Source of the DNA: a virus
Lineage: Duplodnaviria > Caudoviricetes
IMG/VR virus record: IMGVR_UViG_3300030330_001955
Location: 38,911 to 102,910 of that record
Length of the DNA: 64,000 nt
Direction: 5' to 3' (one strand)
Position numbers and translations under genes: made by a program
Shown here: positions 37,032 to 47,778 of the stretch, piece after piece
Numbering within the stretch: position 1 is the stretch's first letter
How the letters are laid out: every line of letters begins with the position of its first letter
Notes under the pieces: generated by a model
What the model was told of the DNA's origin: nothing
Database searches by the model: none
The model's input: only the letters and a program-made list of their open reading frames with translations

Positions 37032-37866
37032 AATTCTTCACTAACTCCAAAATTTCATTACTTCGCCCTAATACTGCTCCATCGGGATTATAAGTTAAAT
37101 CCATCAGTTCAACATTCTTTTCAAGATTATCTTGTCCAAACTCATTTAAACTTTGCATAAACTTATACTTACTCTCTATTGGCAAAGTAGACATAATATC
37201 AAATACATCTCCATACTCTGCTATTAGAGAACTGGCTCTCTTTGGGCCGATTCCATTAACACCAGGTACATTATCTCCTTTATCTCCTGTTAAGCACTTA
37301 TAAGTTAAAAAGTACTCAGGGTCAAAGTCATAATGCTCGTCCCAGTTACCTATTGTAGTTTCCTTTCTTGTTACAGTAGAAAACCGTGATATGTTTTCAT
37401 TAACAAGCAAGTCCCAGTCTTTATCTGATGATACTAACCAAATATCTTCTATTCCTAGTTCTTCCCTATTTATACACATTACAGCAGCTATATCATCTGC
37501 TTCTACTCCCTTGTATTTCATTGTCAAGTATCCTTTGTCTTTACACATATTCATACTTTCCTGAAACTCTCCAAGGAAATTGAGAAACTCTTGTCTCTCT
37601 TCTTCTGTTTGGTCTGCATACCTTTCGGTACGATTTGCTTTATACTCAGGGTCAATCTGTTTTCTATACTCACTACCACCATCTCCTAATACTACGATAT
37701 GTCCGCAGTTATAAGACTTTGCTAGTGATTCGACTGTCCTTACATACTCTACTTTGAAGAATTCCTTCTTCGCATGTTTCCATCGGAAAGCTAAGTTGAG
37801 ACCATCAACTATAAGTAAGTTACCGTTACTCGGCAGCTTTCCAAGGCTCGTAAATTCTATCGCCAT
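37021..37866 (-). CDS. 5'-3' exonuclease / flap endonuclease (T5 D15-like)
   Basis: IVDGLNLAFR, YKANR, EADD, SSDKD, GDKGDNVPGV.GIGPK. Confidence 0.95.
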   Translation of the reverse strand: MAIEFTSLGKLPSNGNLLIVDGLNLAFRWKHAKKEFFKVEYVRTVESLAKSYNCGHIVVLGDGGSEYRKQIDPEYKANRTERYADQTEEERQEFLNFLGEFQESMNMCKDKGYLTMKYKGVEADDIAAVMCINREELGIEDIWLVSSDKDWDLLVNENISRFSTVTRKETTIGNWDEHYDFDPEYFLTYKCLTGDKGDNVPGVNGIGPKRASSLIAEYGDVFDIMSTLPIESKYKFMQSLNEFGQDNLEKNVELMDLTYNPDGAVLGRSNEILELVKNYVS

Positions 37867-38296
37867 TTGTAAATCCTATTCTTTCATGTTCTAACCATTT
37901 TTCAGCGAGACAGATGTACGCATCTAACCAAGAGATGTACATATATCTTTCTAAAATCCAGGGTTTGCGGCGAGTTGCCACAAAAAATTGTGCGTGGTTC
38001 GCTTTAAAGAACAAAAGCGGTTCTAGATTACTGTCTTCCGCTTGTTGTTCTAATTTGCTCCACCACTGCACAAAATTATTACTTTTATTTGTAAATACTT
38101 TAGTACTGATAGCATCATCTTTGTAAAACTTAACTTCTATACAAAAAACATTTTCATGGTGTTGTAAGTATAGGTCACCTTTTATCTTGCCTGACCCAGA
38201 GCCAGGGGTTTGAATAAATGGTAAGTTTGTATGTCGCTGAAGCATATTCATAACTAGCAGTTCTGCTTTCTGCCCTTTCTGTCTACTGTTTACCAC
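37826..38296 (-). CDS. Holliday junction resolvase (T5 D14-like)
   Basis: SR.KG..AE, PGSG...KGD, IEVK (PD-D/ExK). Confidence 0.85.
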   Translation of the reverse strand: MVNSRQKGQKAELLVMNMLQRHTNLPFIQTPGSGSGKIKGDLYLQHHENVFCIEVKFYKDDAISTKVFTNKSNNFVQWWSKLEQQAEDSNLEPLLFFKANHAQFFVATRRKPWILERYMYISWLDAYICLAEKWLEHERIGFTNGDRIYEPWKAAE

Positions 38297-40110
38297 TATT
38301 CCAACCTGCTGATGTTATCTTCTTTAATTATTTCTATCTTTTCAAGTAATGGGTGAGTCCAACCATGAGATACTAAATATGTATTCAAGGTTTCTTCTTT
38401 GAGAAGTATCTCTACTACTTTTTCTTTACCAGCTTCATCAAGAGCCTGGTTTACCTCATCGAGGAACAATACATTTATTTGACTTCTACTAATAGATGTC
38501 ATAAGTTTTCGTATTGCAACTAGTGTAGCGATATTTACTCTTGCTAGCTCACCACTAGAAAGAGCAAGAATGTCTATAACTTTACCTGTGTCTGTAACTG
38601 CAACATTTAGTTTATCATTCTCAACTATGAAGTTGATACTAAATCTGCCATCACTAAACTCAGCAAGGTAATCATTTGTCAAAGATTCTAGTTCTTTGAC
38701 GAGGGACTCGATTTTATATGCAAGGAGTCCGTTTGTACTAAACGCTTTCTTAAGTATCTCCAGAATCGTAAGTTTGTCCTCCACAGCGCTAAGTTCAGCT
38801 GTGATTCCATCAAGCTCCGATTCAAATTCTTTAGTTTGCTCTTGTATGATGTCAATTCGTGTGTTGTGTCTTTCTCTCGCTTCATTCTCTTGTATTACTT
38901 CTTCGAGTTTCCTACGAGCTTCTTGAACTTTGTCTTCCAGTTCTCGTATCTCACTTTCCACTTCTTCTCGGTCAGATATTGCTGATGGGAGTGAAGAGTC
39001 AATACTTCTGTAGAGTTGTTCCCACTCTTTGACGCCTCTGGTTGATTGCCTATGTATTTTATTTTCATTTTCTAACTTCTCTAACGATTCTTCGTCTCTC
39101 TTTATGAAAGACGAACAACTTAGTGCCCTTTGATTGTGTTCATCATATCTTTCTTGTATGAACTTAAAATCTATAGGTTGTTCACAGGTAGGGCACTCTG
39201 CATCATCAGCGTTTTTTAAATCTTCATACTTTGCTCGCATTTTCTTTTCAAATGCAAGTTCGGATTTCCACGCTCCTATAGTTTCTCTTAGCTTCGAAGT
39301 ATCGTGTAACTCTGGATACATTTCTGCATCTTTTTGCAACTGAGCAATATTTATTGATTGTAACTGCTCTTTCAGTTGATTATTGTCATTTATTTTTCGA
39401 TTTTTCTCCGAGATATTTTCAATTTCTAATTGTAACTGACGCAATCTTTTCTCGTCTTTTTCTTCGATTTTTGGTAAATCCACTTTCTCAAGTAGTTCTA
39501 TACTCTCGAGTTTGTTGTCTGTTAACCATTTAACGATTGTGTCGGTCTTTGCATTCAGACTTGTAACTGACTGCGATGAAACACGTACTGCTTCTTTAAA
39601 GGTTTCAAAATACGAAACATAATCATCAAGCTTCAACAAGTCGATTAGAAATTTCTTTCGATTTGTGTCAGTCGCAGTTAAGAACTGTAGACTTGTATTC
39701 GTATTTTGATATACCAACTGGGTAAAGGTTTTGAAGTCAATACCAAGAATCTCTCCCAACGTCTTGTATGTATTACTAGCAGTATGGCTACTTATATCTT
39801 CACCATTCTTTGTTAGTTTACACTTTAGTGTAGCACGCCTCGATACACTAATATTATATAAGTCATCATCAACAGAAAAGTCAAGACTGATGTCATAACC
39901 TTTTCCAACGTACCTATTTGCAATATCAGCTTTCTTAACATTTTTACTATTCTTATTAAATAATACTTCCTCAAGTATCAGCGGTATTGATGATTTACCA
40001 ACACCGTTTGTACCAACTAACTGAGTCAATACAGCATCTGCTAGATTGACTTCGTTGCCTTTCCCATAGGAGAAACAGTTATCCCACGTTAACTTCTGTA
40101 GAATAATCAT
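38296..40110 (-). CDS. SbcC/Rad50-like ATPase (T5 D13-like)
   Basis: GTNGVGKS, CPTC zinc hook, LSSGE, FLDE. Confidence 0.95.
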   Translation of the reverse strand: MIILQKLTWDNCFSYGKGNEVNLADAVLTQLVGTNGVGKSSIPLILEEVLFNKNSKNVKKADIANRYVGKGYDISLDFSVDDDLYNISVSRRATLKCKLTKNGEDISSHTASNTYKTLGEILGIDFKTFTQLVYQNTNTSLQFLTATDTNRKKFLIDLLKLDDYVSYFETFKEAVRVSSQSVTSLNAKTDTIVKWLTDNKLESIELLEKVDLPKIEEKDEKRLRQLQLEIENISEKNRKINDNNQLKEQLQSINIAQLQKDAEMYPELHDTSKLRETIGAWKSELAFEKKMRAKYEDLKNADDAECPTCEQPIDFKFIQERYDEHNQRALSCSSFIKRDEESLEKLENENKIHRQSTRGVKEWEQLYRSIDSSLPSAISDREEVESEIRELEDKVQEARRKLEEVIQENEARERHNTRIDIIQEQTKEFESELDGITAELSAVEDKLTILEILKKAFSTNGLLAYKIESLVKELESLTNDYLAEFSDGRFSINFIVENDKLNVAVTDTGKVIDILALSSGELARVNIATLVAIRKLMTSISRSQINVLFLDEVNQALDEAGKEKVVEILLKEETLNTYLVSHGWTHPLLEKIEIIKEDNISRLE

Positions 40111-41029
40111 TGAAAACTCCTATTATGTTTTTTACTTTATCTTCTTCTAAATTTAGTATCTCTTTCAAGTATACTACCAGCTCATCTCCCATAGACATTT
40201 CCTGAGTAAGATTCAAAGTAGCTTCTACTTCTCGTTTTACTACTTTCTTGTCTAGTAGGTCAGAGTTTTTTACTTTTGCTAAATCTTGAACATCTCCTTC
40301 GAGTTCATAGATTGTGTGGTCAAAAGAAGTCGGTACCATCTCGTCGGGGTCTGATACCGTCTTCCTTATCAGTTGTGGCAAGTTAAATTCATGCCATGTC
40401 CAAGACCAATCCTTATCATCTATCAACAGATATCCAGTCTTCACTTTGTTTCTGTGAAAAGATGTTGTCATTGGACTGCCAGGATATACAATATTCTTTT
40501 GAGTATTCTCATGAGCATGTAAATCTCCAGCAAATACAACATCAAACTTACTTAATCTTTCTAAGTCTACTTCTGGTACTACATGAGGTGGTATCTCACC
40601 ACGAACATGAGTAAAGCATACAGGAGCTTCTATTAGCTCTATCTGATTCTTTTTATGTAAGTCCGCATAAGGAAGTATAACCCAACTATCTTCAAAATAA
40701 GTTTTGTCCACTACTTCTACTAACGGATTGATGTCGCTTGTTACTTGTACTAGATTAGAAAAGAATGTATGGTTCTTTTTAGTTGCCTCATGGTTTCCAT
40801 CATAAATGATAGTTCTCACTTTTACATTCTTTACAAAATCAAAATACAAAGATAATTCGTCCATAGAGGGAACTCGGTCAAACAAGTCCCCGCCTATGAT
40901 ATGCAAGTCACAGTCGGTTTCTAACTCTCTTAACTGCTCAAAGAACATCTTATATCGATTAGTTGCCCAATCGACAGGAACATTCTTCTGACCAAGTTTT
41001 ATGTGCCAGTCCGCTGTAAATAAAATCAT
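40079..41029 (-). CDS. SbcD/Mre11-like nuclease (T5 D12-like)
   Basis: ADWH, GGDLFD, GNHE, GDLH, YPGSP; probable start MILFTADWH at 41029. Confidence 0.93.
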   Translation of the reverse strand: MILFTADWHIKLGQKNVPVDWATNRYKMFFEQLRELETDCDLHIIGGDLFDRVPSMDELSLYFDFVKNVKVRTIIYDGNHEATKKNHTFFSNLVQVTSDINPLVEVVDKTYFEDSWVILPYADLHKKNQIELIEAPVCFTHVRGEIPPHVVPEVDLERLSKFDVVFAGDLHAHENTQKNIVYPGSPMTTSFHRNKVKTGYLLIDDKDWSWTWHEFNLPQLIRKTVSDPDEMVPTSFDHTIYELEGDVQDLAKVKNSDLLDKKVVKREVEATLNLTQEMSMGDELVVYLKEILNLEEDKVKNIIGVFNDYSTEVNVG

Positions 41030-41532
41030 GCTACGAAGTCGTCTCCTGCTTCCCATTGACAGCCTGTTAATCCACCAGCTTGTAGTGCATCAATAGTTCT
41101 AGCTATCTCCTCATGATTTCTGCCTGTGTCTAACGCATTTACAGATACATGCTGAATGTAGTTATCTTCATCAACAATATAAGTTGCACGAAGAGCTACC
41201 TTTTCAGCAGAGTCAACAATTTCAAGTTCGTCAGCTAAAATTAAGCCACAGTCTGCAAGTAAGTCATGGGTACAGTCCATAATGAGGTCATTACTTTCTC
41301 TCCATGCTAACTTACAAAACTCATTGTCTCCTGAGATACCGATTATGTGAGCATCAACATTGATACTATCAAAACCAGCAATCTCTGTAGGACAGATGAA
41401 TGTGAAATCTTTTGGATAAAAATAAATAATCTTCCACCCATCATAGTCATCAAGGGTAGCACTAATTATTTCCTTGTCTCCGTTTACCCCGTTTAGTTCA
41501 AAGAACGGGAACTCTTCTCCAACTCCAATCAT
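41026..41532 (-). CDS. ahpC: 2-Cys peroxiredoxin
   Basis: FYPKDFTFICPTE, RATYIVD, GRN..E and a C-terminal resolving Cys. Confidence 0.93.
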   Translation of the reverse strand: MIGVGEEFPFFELNGVNGDKEIISATLDDYDGWKIIYFYPKDFTFICPTEIAGFDSINVDAHIIGISGDNEFCKLAWRESNDLIMDCTHDLLADCGLILADELEIVDSAEKVALRATYIVDEDNYIQHVSVNALDTGRNHEEIARTIDALQAGGLTGCQWEAGDDFVA

Positions 41533-42155
41533 GATACGTCAAACTCCTCATCGACAGCTTCTTCCTGTCCAGCACCTTGTACTCTTTTGAGAAGCTCTAA
41601 CTGAGCATCAGCTGTAGGTCTAGGAAGTACGTCGTCCATAGACTTTAAGTCGCCTATGAGTTCTTGTTCCCAGTCCTCTAATGCTCTAGGTTTACATTTA
41701 AGCATTTGTAGTTGATATTCAACATTAAATACTTGTGGCCCAGTCTTAAGTCTTTTGAAGAATATATCCCAACCAGTTTCAGTATCAGTAGGATTACCTA
41801 AGTCTTCCATTGCAACTAAAATTTGGTCAAAGAGTTTTCTCTTCAAATTAACTACTTTAACACTTTTGTCAGAGTAGTCTATAGCTTGGACAGCATATGC
41901 CCAACCACATTTTAAGTCAGGGTAAAAGTCACGAACATGGTCATGTTCTTTATTATTAAAGGTTTCTGTGTTTCTGTCGAAAGACAAACACTCCATAGGA
42001 ATGTTTTTGTTGTTCTCACCTTTAATCCAATAGACGTAACGAGGTAATAGGTCACCAACTAATCTAATGTGGTGGTCTTCCTTGTTACTAAAGTTATATG
42101 TTTCGATTTTGCTCTTTTGAGCAGAACCTTTAGTTTGATTGAATCCAATCGCCAT
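41529..42155 (-). CDS. ssDNA-binding protein (T5 D11-like)
   Basis: RLVGD.LPRYVYW motif, acidic tail; SD ggag before ATG at 42155. Confidence 0.8.
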   Translation of the reverse strand: MAIGFNQTKGSAQKSKIETYNFSNKEDHHIRLVGDLLPRYVYWIKGENNKNIPMECLSFDRNTETFNNKEHDHVRDFYPDLKCGWAYAVQAIDYSDKSVKVVNLKRKLFDQILVAMEDLGNPTDTETGWDIFFKRLKTGPQVFNVEYQLQMLKCKPRALEDWEQELIGDLKSMDDVLPRPTADAQLELLKRVQGAGQEEAVDEEFDVS

Positions 42156-42552
42156 TTTTTTCTCCGTTTGTCTCCTCGAATAAGAAGTGAATACACCCAT
42201 CTCTTATATCGAGCAGTCTGTTACTTTTTATAGTTTCCTCACTCACAGGGCAATGAATGAGGTCTAATGTTGTGTTGCCTGTTCGCTTATACTCGTAGTA
42301 ATTACGAAACGAGGCAACTCCTACGTACTCAGCAACTTCTTTATCAGAATACTGAGAACGACCCTGGGTGAGAAGTATCTCGGGGTGTACCAAGTAACTA
42401 CTTCCACCGTAATTCTTTTGATAAAATCTAAATGTTTTATCGTAATAGTTTTTTGGTGTAATCCTATATGTAATAATCCTGAGGATTGTAATGATGTCAT
42501 TCACATTTCCTTTGCTTGATTTTAGTATGGATTTCCAATTATATAATATCAT
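42130..42552 (-). CDS. Conserved T5-like hypothetical protein
   Basis: Position between D10 and D11; AEY.G.AS.R.Y..Y motif. Confidence 0.6.
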   Translation of the reverse strand: MILYNWKSILKSSKGNVNDIITILRIITYRITPKNYYDKTFRFYQKNYGGSSYLVHPEILLTQGRSQYSDKEVAEYVGVASFRNYYEYKRTGNTTLDLIHCPVSEETIKSNRLLDIRDGCIHFLFEETNGEKNGDWIQSN

Positions 42553-42554
42553 AT

Positions 42555-42583
42555 ATTATAGCAAAAATTTGAGAAACTGTCAA
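42555..42583 (-). promoter_or_regulatory. Consensus sigma70 promoter
   Basis: Minus strand TTGACA-17 nt-TATAAT preceded by AAAAAATAGTTC. Confidence 0.85.
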
Positions 42584-42615
42584 GAACTATTTTTTCCATG
42601 CATTATGCTCCTCTG

Positions 42616-43893
42616 TTATAAAACGTTTATGCGATATCCCTGCTTCACGTAATATCCCATTCTAGCGTTAGCTTGCCTACTCGCAGTTTTACCTTTTAAA
42701 TGTATGTCTACGACTTTCGGCTGCCTCTTGCCTTCCTTCTTCCTAATAACTCTACCTATTAGCTGAGTTAGAAGCGGGTCATTATTAACTGGAGTCGCAA
42801 GTACTAAGCAACTTAGCTGGTCAATAGATATACCTTCTGAGAAGATTGCTTGTGTACCAAACAGTATATTCTTCTCACCTATTTGTTGTATTGTTTTTTC
42901 TCTTTCTTCAAAATCCATATCACCTGTTATACATACAGAATTATCTCCTACTAGTCTATGGCATACTTTTAGAAAGTGTACTCTATCAGATACGACTAAA
43001 ACTTTATGTCCTTCTGCAGCGTACTTAGAAGCAATCATAGCAATACTATGAACATACTCCTCATTATTTGCTAGATGATTTATTCTTTCTGCCCATGGAG
43101 TATAACTACCATCTAAAAATCTTACTTCTGATTTAATTACATCTATACTCGGAGTAAGAAAATTTTCTTTTGGTGGTTTTAAAACTTTTGACCCGAAGTA
43201 ATCTCTAAATACTACGTGTCTACCGTCCTTCCTCTCCAGAGTCCCTGTCAGGCCTATCTTGTACCTCGCAGGCATTTCGTCTATTATTCGGGTAAACGTA
43301 GGGCTCGAAACGTGATGCATTTCGTCCAAAACGACTGTCCCGAACATAGGTTTTATCTCCTCGATACGTCGGTATAAACTCTGAATGTTTCCAACGACTA
43401 TCGGGGACGAAGTGTTGAAGCTCCCGCTTCCTATTCGCCCAGGTTGCAGGTCGAAACTCTTTTTTACTTCCTTTTCCCATTGATTCCTCAAGTTGGTTGT
43501 GTGTGTTACTACAAGCGTTTTCTGACCAAGTTTTTTGGCTATTGCTAAAGCCGTTATTGTTTTACCCCAGCTTACCCATGCGTTTATTATAGCACAGTCA
43601 TCTACTTCATCATGAACCACACGCTGGTTAGCACGTAACTCATATCGAAACTCAGGCATGTCTGTCGGCGCTTGTACGCGTTTGTCGATAATCTCGTAAT
43701 CCTCTGGTATCAAATCCAACCGCCCGGCAGGTATGGAAACTAAACCTTCTCGTAAAGGTCTAATTGTTTTATAAATGATAGGCGGATCTTGAGGCATACG
43801 AGGTGGCAGAGAATAGGTAAGTTCTCTTTCGAGCTTTTCAAGGAAATCAGCACTTCCTTGTAGTTGTATTCTATTACTTATTACTGCCTTCAT
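42616..43893 (-). CDS. SF2 helicase (T5 D10-like)
   Basis: VSWGKT (divergent Walker A), DEMH, GLTGT, QLIGRVIR. Confidence 0.9.
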   Translation of the reverse strand: MKAVISNRIQLQGSADFLEKLERELTYSLPPRMPQDPPIIYKTIRPLREGLVSIPAGRLDLIPEDYEIIDKRVQAPTDMPEFRYELRANQRVVHDEVDDCAIINAWVSWGKTITALAIAKKLGQKTLVVTHTTNLRNQWEKEVKKSFDLQPGRIGSGSFNTSSPIVVGNIQSLYRRIEEIKPMFGTVVLDEMHHVSSPTFTRIIDEMPARYKIGLTGTLERKDGRHVVFRDYFGSKVLKPPKENFLTPSIDVIKSEVRFLDGSYTPWAERINHLANNEEYVHSIAMIASKYAAEGHKVLVVSDRVHFLKVCHRLVGDNSVCITGDMDFEEREKTIQQIGEKNILFGTQAIFSEGISIDQLSCLVLATPVNNDPLLTQLIGRVIRKKEGKRQPKVVDIHLKGKTASRQANARMGYYVKQGYRINVL

Positions 43894-45399
43894 CTAACCC
43901 TGTCTTTTTAAAAATTCTATATCTCTTAGTCTCCATCGTTTATAGATGTCAGGGTCGTTATTATCCCACGGGCTACTCCACCCTATCTTATCTTTCCTGT
44001 TCACTACATGATTAGGTAGGTATTCTTTCATAACCTCTCTCATAAGATATTTCGTAGTGACACCCCATGGGTCTAATTGCTTAAATCTAATATCTAGCGG
44101 TATGGAAAAGACATAATGAGCATACCTTTGTGTTAGAAAGGGAACTCGTGCTTCCATACCAAACATACCTGCTGTTTGGTCAGTAGCAAGTATATTTTGT
44201 TCTGACGAATGTAATAAATCTCCAAAGAAACTATTCCATTGGTCATTATCTATAAGAGCCTTATCAGGAAACCACGGTTTACTAGCTAAATACTTAGTAT
44301 GTGCTGAACACCAATTAGGGTCGTTTCTTTTATCGTGATGTAAATATCCTGTAAACAACTCGTCTCCACTATCTCCTGTAATTACTACTTTACAACCATG
44401 GTCAGCTGCTGCTTTACACAGAGCATACCTTGGCCCTTGCCTATTATGGTCAGACCATAGATAGTGAGTTTCTCCTAACCACATTTTTCCATAGGTAACT
44501 CTATCATCTCTACCTAACGGAACTTTGACTATTGGCATTTTAAACTCTTTTGCAGTCTGCATTGCCATTTGACTCTCATTTCTAAACCACCTAGCGTCGT
44601 GCTTATCTGGTCTATCATGGTTAGGGTCTAATGTAAATAGTACGACTTTCTTATTACTTTGCCGTGATATGCTGGCAATAAGCGTACTGTCAAATCCACC
44701 ACTTAAGAATACTGCTGTTTTATTATCTGTACCATGATTTATTACTTTTAGTACTTGTTCTATTGTTTTCTGTTTAAATTCTGCTGGATTCCATTTTTTC
44801 CAAGAGTGGTAGTAAGGATTCCATAGATTTGTGCGTTTTACTAGCTTTTTTGTTCTTGTCTTGAAGCACAGTATCTCACCTGGAGCTACTTTGTGCGTAT
44901 CTTTCCACATACAATCATCACCAAAAAACTGTGATTGCATATATGACTTTGGCATTGGTTCAAAAGTTTCTTTTTGTTGAAAAGATTTCAATGAAGTAGA
45001 AAACTCTAAATGATTTGTTTTTCTCCACCATAGTGGTTTTGTGCCAAACTGGTCACGAATAAGAAATAAATGGTCTGATTTAGGATTATAATATGCTATT
45101 GCTCCATGCCAGTCTATATCTGATAGAGGGCTTATACCATATTTATCTAATAACTTACCTAACCACGCAGTATCATTTTGTTCAGGAGAATCATAAATCT
45201 CTCCATTTAGCATTACTATATTACCCTCTGCTGTAATATAAGGTTGTCGTTGAGCTGCTCCTGTAATATCTAATAAGGCATGCCCAAAAGAAATCCTACC
45301 ATCTGACCAAAAACCTCTATCATCAGGCCCACGGTGTGACTGCTTATCTAACATAAGACTTGTCATATGTTTATTAGTTGTTCCTACAAATCCACACAT
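43894..45399 (-). CDS. Asparagine synthetase B-like glutamine amidotransferase
   Basis: Likely start MCGFVG (Ntn Cys), HRGPD, NGEIY, RD.FG.KPL, LSGGFDS, TGDSGDELF.GY, EARVPFL. Confidence 0.9.
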   Translation of the reverse strand: MCGFVGTTNKHMTSLMLDKQSHRGPDDRGFWSDGRISFGHALLDITGAAQRQPYITAEGNIVMLNGEIYDSPEQNDTAWLGKLLDKYGISPLSDIDWHGAIAYYNPKSDHLFLIRDQFGTKPLWWRKTNHLEFSTSLKSFQQKETFEPMPKSYMQSQFFGDDCMWKDTHKVAPGEILCFKTRTKKLVKRTNLWNPYYHSWKKWNPAEFKQKTIEQVLKVINHGTDNKTAVFLSGGFDSTLIASISRQSNKKVVLFTLDPNHDRPDKHDARWFRNESQMAMQTAKEFKMPIVKVPLGRDDRVTYGKMWLGETHYLWSDHNRQGPRYALCKAAADHGCKVVITGDSGDELFTGYLHHDKRNDPNWCSAHTKYLASKPWFPDKALIDNDQWNSFFGDLLHSSEQNILATDQTAGMFGMEARVPFLTQRYAHYVFSIPLDIRFKQLDPWGVTTKYLMREVMKEYLPNHVVNRKDKIGWSSPWDNNDPDIYKRWRLRDIEFLKRQG

Positions 45400-45983
45400 T
45401 ATTCCATTTTCCAAGGTACATTGTTTACTTTTTGGTCATGTTTTGGTAACCACATGACAAAACTCATTTTTTCTCCATATACTAATTCCGTAACTCTATG
45501 CGTCATTATAGAATTATATAAAATCAAACTTTTATATGGAGTTCTGCCGTCCCAATTTTTTATTTGAAAGTCTGCACCCTCGTACATATGGTCAGGGGTA
45601 ATATTTACTGACGCAGACACATAAGCCATACCAGGCTCGTTGTGCCAATGTAACCCATCACATTGTTTTCTGTAATGCATTATATGTCCATATGCATCGG
45701 GTCTATACTTAAGTTTTACATTAAACTCGCTCTCCGCTAGTTTCTTTACTCTTGCATGTAAACTATAAGGACTTCTAAGAGAGAAATAGTGTCTCTCTAC
45801 TTTATTTACACTAGATTCTTCTTTTAACTTATTGCCGTCTTTATCTAAAGTATGATTAACTGTTTTTAATGACACTTGATTACTAGGATTTGGTACTGCA
45901 TACTTTACATAATCACGAAAAAACTTTGCTTCAGCTTCTGTAATAAAATTATCAAAAACTACAGCCTTAATTTTCATTGCCAA
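45399..45983 (-). CDS. 2OG-Fe(II) oxygenase
   Basis: WHNE...YEGADF...THRVT...GEKMSFVMW. Confidence 0.75.
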   Translation of the reverse strand: MAMKIKAVVFDNFITEAEAKFFRDYVKYAVPNPSNQVSLKTVNHTLDKDGNKLKEESSVNKVERHYFSLRSPYSLHARVKKLAESEFNVKLKYRPDAYGHIMHYRKQCDGLHWHNEPGMAYVSASVNITPDHMYEGADFQIKNWDGRTPYKSLILYNSIMTHRVTELVYGEKMSFVMWLPKHDQKVNNVPWKME

Positions 45984-46059
45984 TGTCTCAATACACCTGC
46001 TATAATAAAGAAACAGGTGATAAAAGCTGTGGTTTCATATACAGGCTTCCAATAAGTTT

Positions 46060-46374
46060 TCACGAGTTTCCGTCCCAGTTCAAGTCTGTTAATTTTGCTT
46101 GTTTTGTTTTCCATGTTTCTCCCTCAATTTCTTTCCAACTAGTAATTGTTGAAACTTCTATATCGTCCCAACGTCCAACATCTAAATCAAAACAGATGAT
46201 TTTAGGGCTTTCTGCAGTTTGAGTCCACCCTTTCTTAAATGGATTCTTTTCTTCGGGAATATATTTTCGGTTAGTAGTCACCTCTCGCTTTTTTTGTGTA
46301 CCACTATGTAAAGAAGTATACTCTAAGAGAATAATTCCTTCGTGCATTTTTTGTATTATTTTATCTATATTCAT
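46060..46374 (-). CDS. WYL-like SH3-barrel protein
   Basis: LLEYT...G..K.R..T and CFDLD...W pattern. Confidence 0.55.
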   Translation of the reverse strand: MNIDKIIQKMHEGIILLEYTSLHSGTQKKREVTTNRKYIPEEKNPFKKGWTQTAESPKIICFDLDVGRWDDIEVSTITSWKEIEGETWKTKQAKLTDLNWDGNS

Positions 46375-46658
46375 TTAAATACTACTCCTATAAGAAACAT
46401 TACTAGTGCCATAACACCTAGGGCACTAAGTTGAATAAGTGATGCTACTGCGACAAAACTAAGCTGTTTTTCTGCCCACCAGTTGAGTTCTTTTTCTTGC
46501 CACTCTTCTGTTTGTTCTGGTGTTGCCTCAGTTGTTTTATTTAGTTGAATTTCTAGCTGTTCAGGATATCTAGACATAACATCTGCTGCATCATCAACTG
46601 CAGAGGGTACGGTCTTCCATCTCTTCCATACTGGGTCATATTTTAAATCTTTCTCCAT
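46371..46658 (-). CDS. Hypothetical membrane protein
   Basis: C-terminal hydrophobic helix. Confidence 0.55.
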   Translation of the reverse strand: MEKDLKYDPVWKRWKTVPSAVDDAADVMSRYPEQLEIQLNKTTEATPEQTEEWQEKELNWWAEKQLSFVAVASLIQLSALGVMALVMFLIGVVFK

Positions 46659-47143
46659 GTATTTTTCTTCCTTTCACTAGAATATTCATATATCTTCCAA
46701 GGTATTCCTTGGCGGTAAATAACACCCGCCCAGCTCATTTCTTCACTAGGCGGACTTTGTTCGTCAAAAGGAAAAGGACAATCTTTCAACCAAAGCACGG
46801 TTGCAACTGTCTTTTTCTCTCTTTTTACTATTTTATGGTATTTTATATCCACTTTTTCTGTTTTTTCATAATTAAACACTCTACCAGAACTATCAATAAA
46901 TGTATTTCCTCTGTGTTTCATCATGCCAACATAGTCTTTTATCATATATTTTAAAGGATAAATAGACTGCATAGGAGACTGTAGCCTTCTCAGACCTAGA
47001 GTATCTCCTTTCATGTTTTTATCGTCTAGTACTTGGTCATCTAACCATATAATACCATCAATAAATTCTACATTATCACTATGAATAACATAGATAGGAA
47101 ACTGTAATTCATCTTTACTGGTTACGAGGTGACTTGTACTCAT
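46643..47143 (-). CDS. Conserved T5-like hypothetical protein (usually near DNA polymerase)
   Basis: FPIY, LDDKN..G.TLG.RRL, FIDS.G and C-terminal T.RKI. Confidence 0.65.
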   Translation of the reverse strand: MSTSHLVTSKDELQFPIYVIHSDNVEFIDGIIWLDDQVLDDKNMKGDTLGLRRLQSPMQSIYPLKYMIKDYVGMMKHRGNTFIDSSGRVFNYEKTEKVDIKYHKIVKREKKTVATVLWLKDCPFPFDEQSPPSEEMSWAGVIYRQGIPWKIYEYSSERKKNTWRKI

Positions 47144-47768
47144 AATCAGCTAAAATTTTGTTTGCTTCTTCGAAAGTATCATTTTCAAAAACCCAAACAT
47201 ATCCATCATATCCGTATTCATCTTTTCGTTCACCAACAAACTTTAATTCAGGAACAGGGTCACCAAGGACTCCATCTCTAAACATTTCTAATAGTTTATG
47301 TCCTTCTTCAAACATCTCTATTATACAGTTTTGTGTACCACAAATATCTTCGCACCACTCTGGTCGCCATAAAGATATTTTTGCTTTTTTACCTACTGGG
47401 AATAAATCTACATTCCAATCTACAACTGCACATCTATCGTAAAACGGATAGTGATATTGTTTGAAATATTTACCTAGTCCTGGTGGTACAACTCGTGATT
47501 GAGCTACTAGGGTCTGTCCTAGATAGGCTCTTTCATCTTTTTTCCATACTAATATAAATCCTGAATCATAATCTAACTCATCTATTGGATTTACTAGTCT
47601 TTGATTTTCTACTACTAGTGTTTGTACTAATTGTTTCTTTACTTCATTCCATTCCCAAGGACTCATTTGATAAAACCACTTTCCTTCTATGAAGTAGTCT
47701 CCAACGTCCTCGTAAAACTCGCCACTTCGTTCTGTGACTATTCTTTGTGTGCTTAATAATTCTACCAT
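47115..47768 (-). CDS. Hypothetical protein
   Basis: 217-aa ORF in operon; no recognised motif. Confidence 0.55.
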   Translation of the reverse strand: MVELLSTQRIVTERSGEFYEDVGDYFIEGKWFYQMSPWEWNEVKKQLVQTLVVENQRLVNPIDELDYDSGFILVWKKDERAYLGQTLVAQSRVVPPGLGKYFKQYHYPFYDRCAVVDWNVDLFPVGKKAKISLWRPEWCEDICGTQNCIIEMFEEGHKLLEMFRDGVLGDPVPELKFVGERKDEYGYDGYVWVFENDTFEEANKILADYEYKSPRNQ

Positions 47769-47778
47769 GTTTTTACCT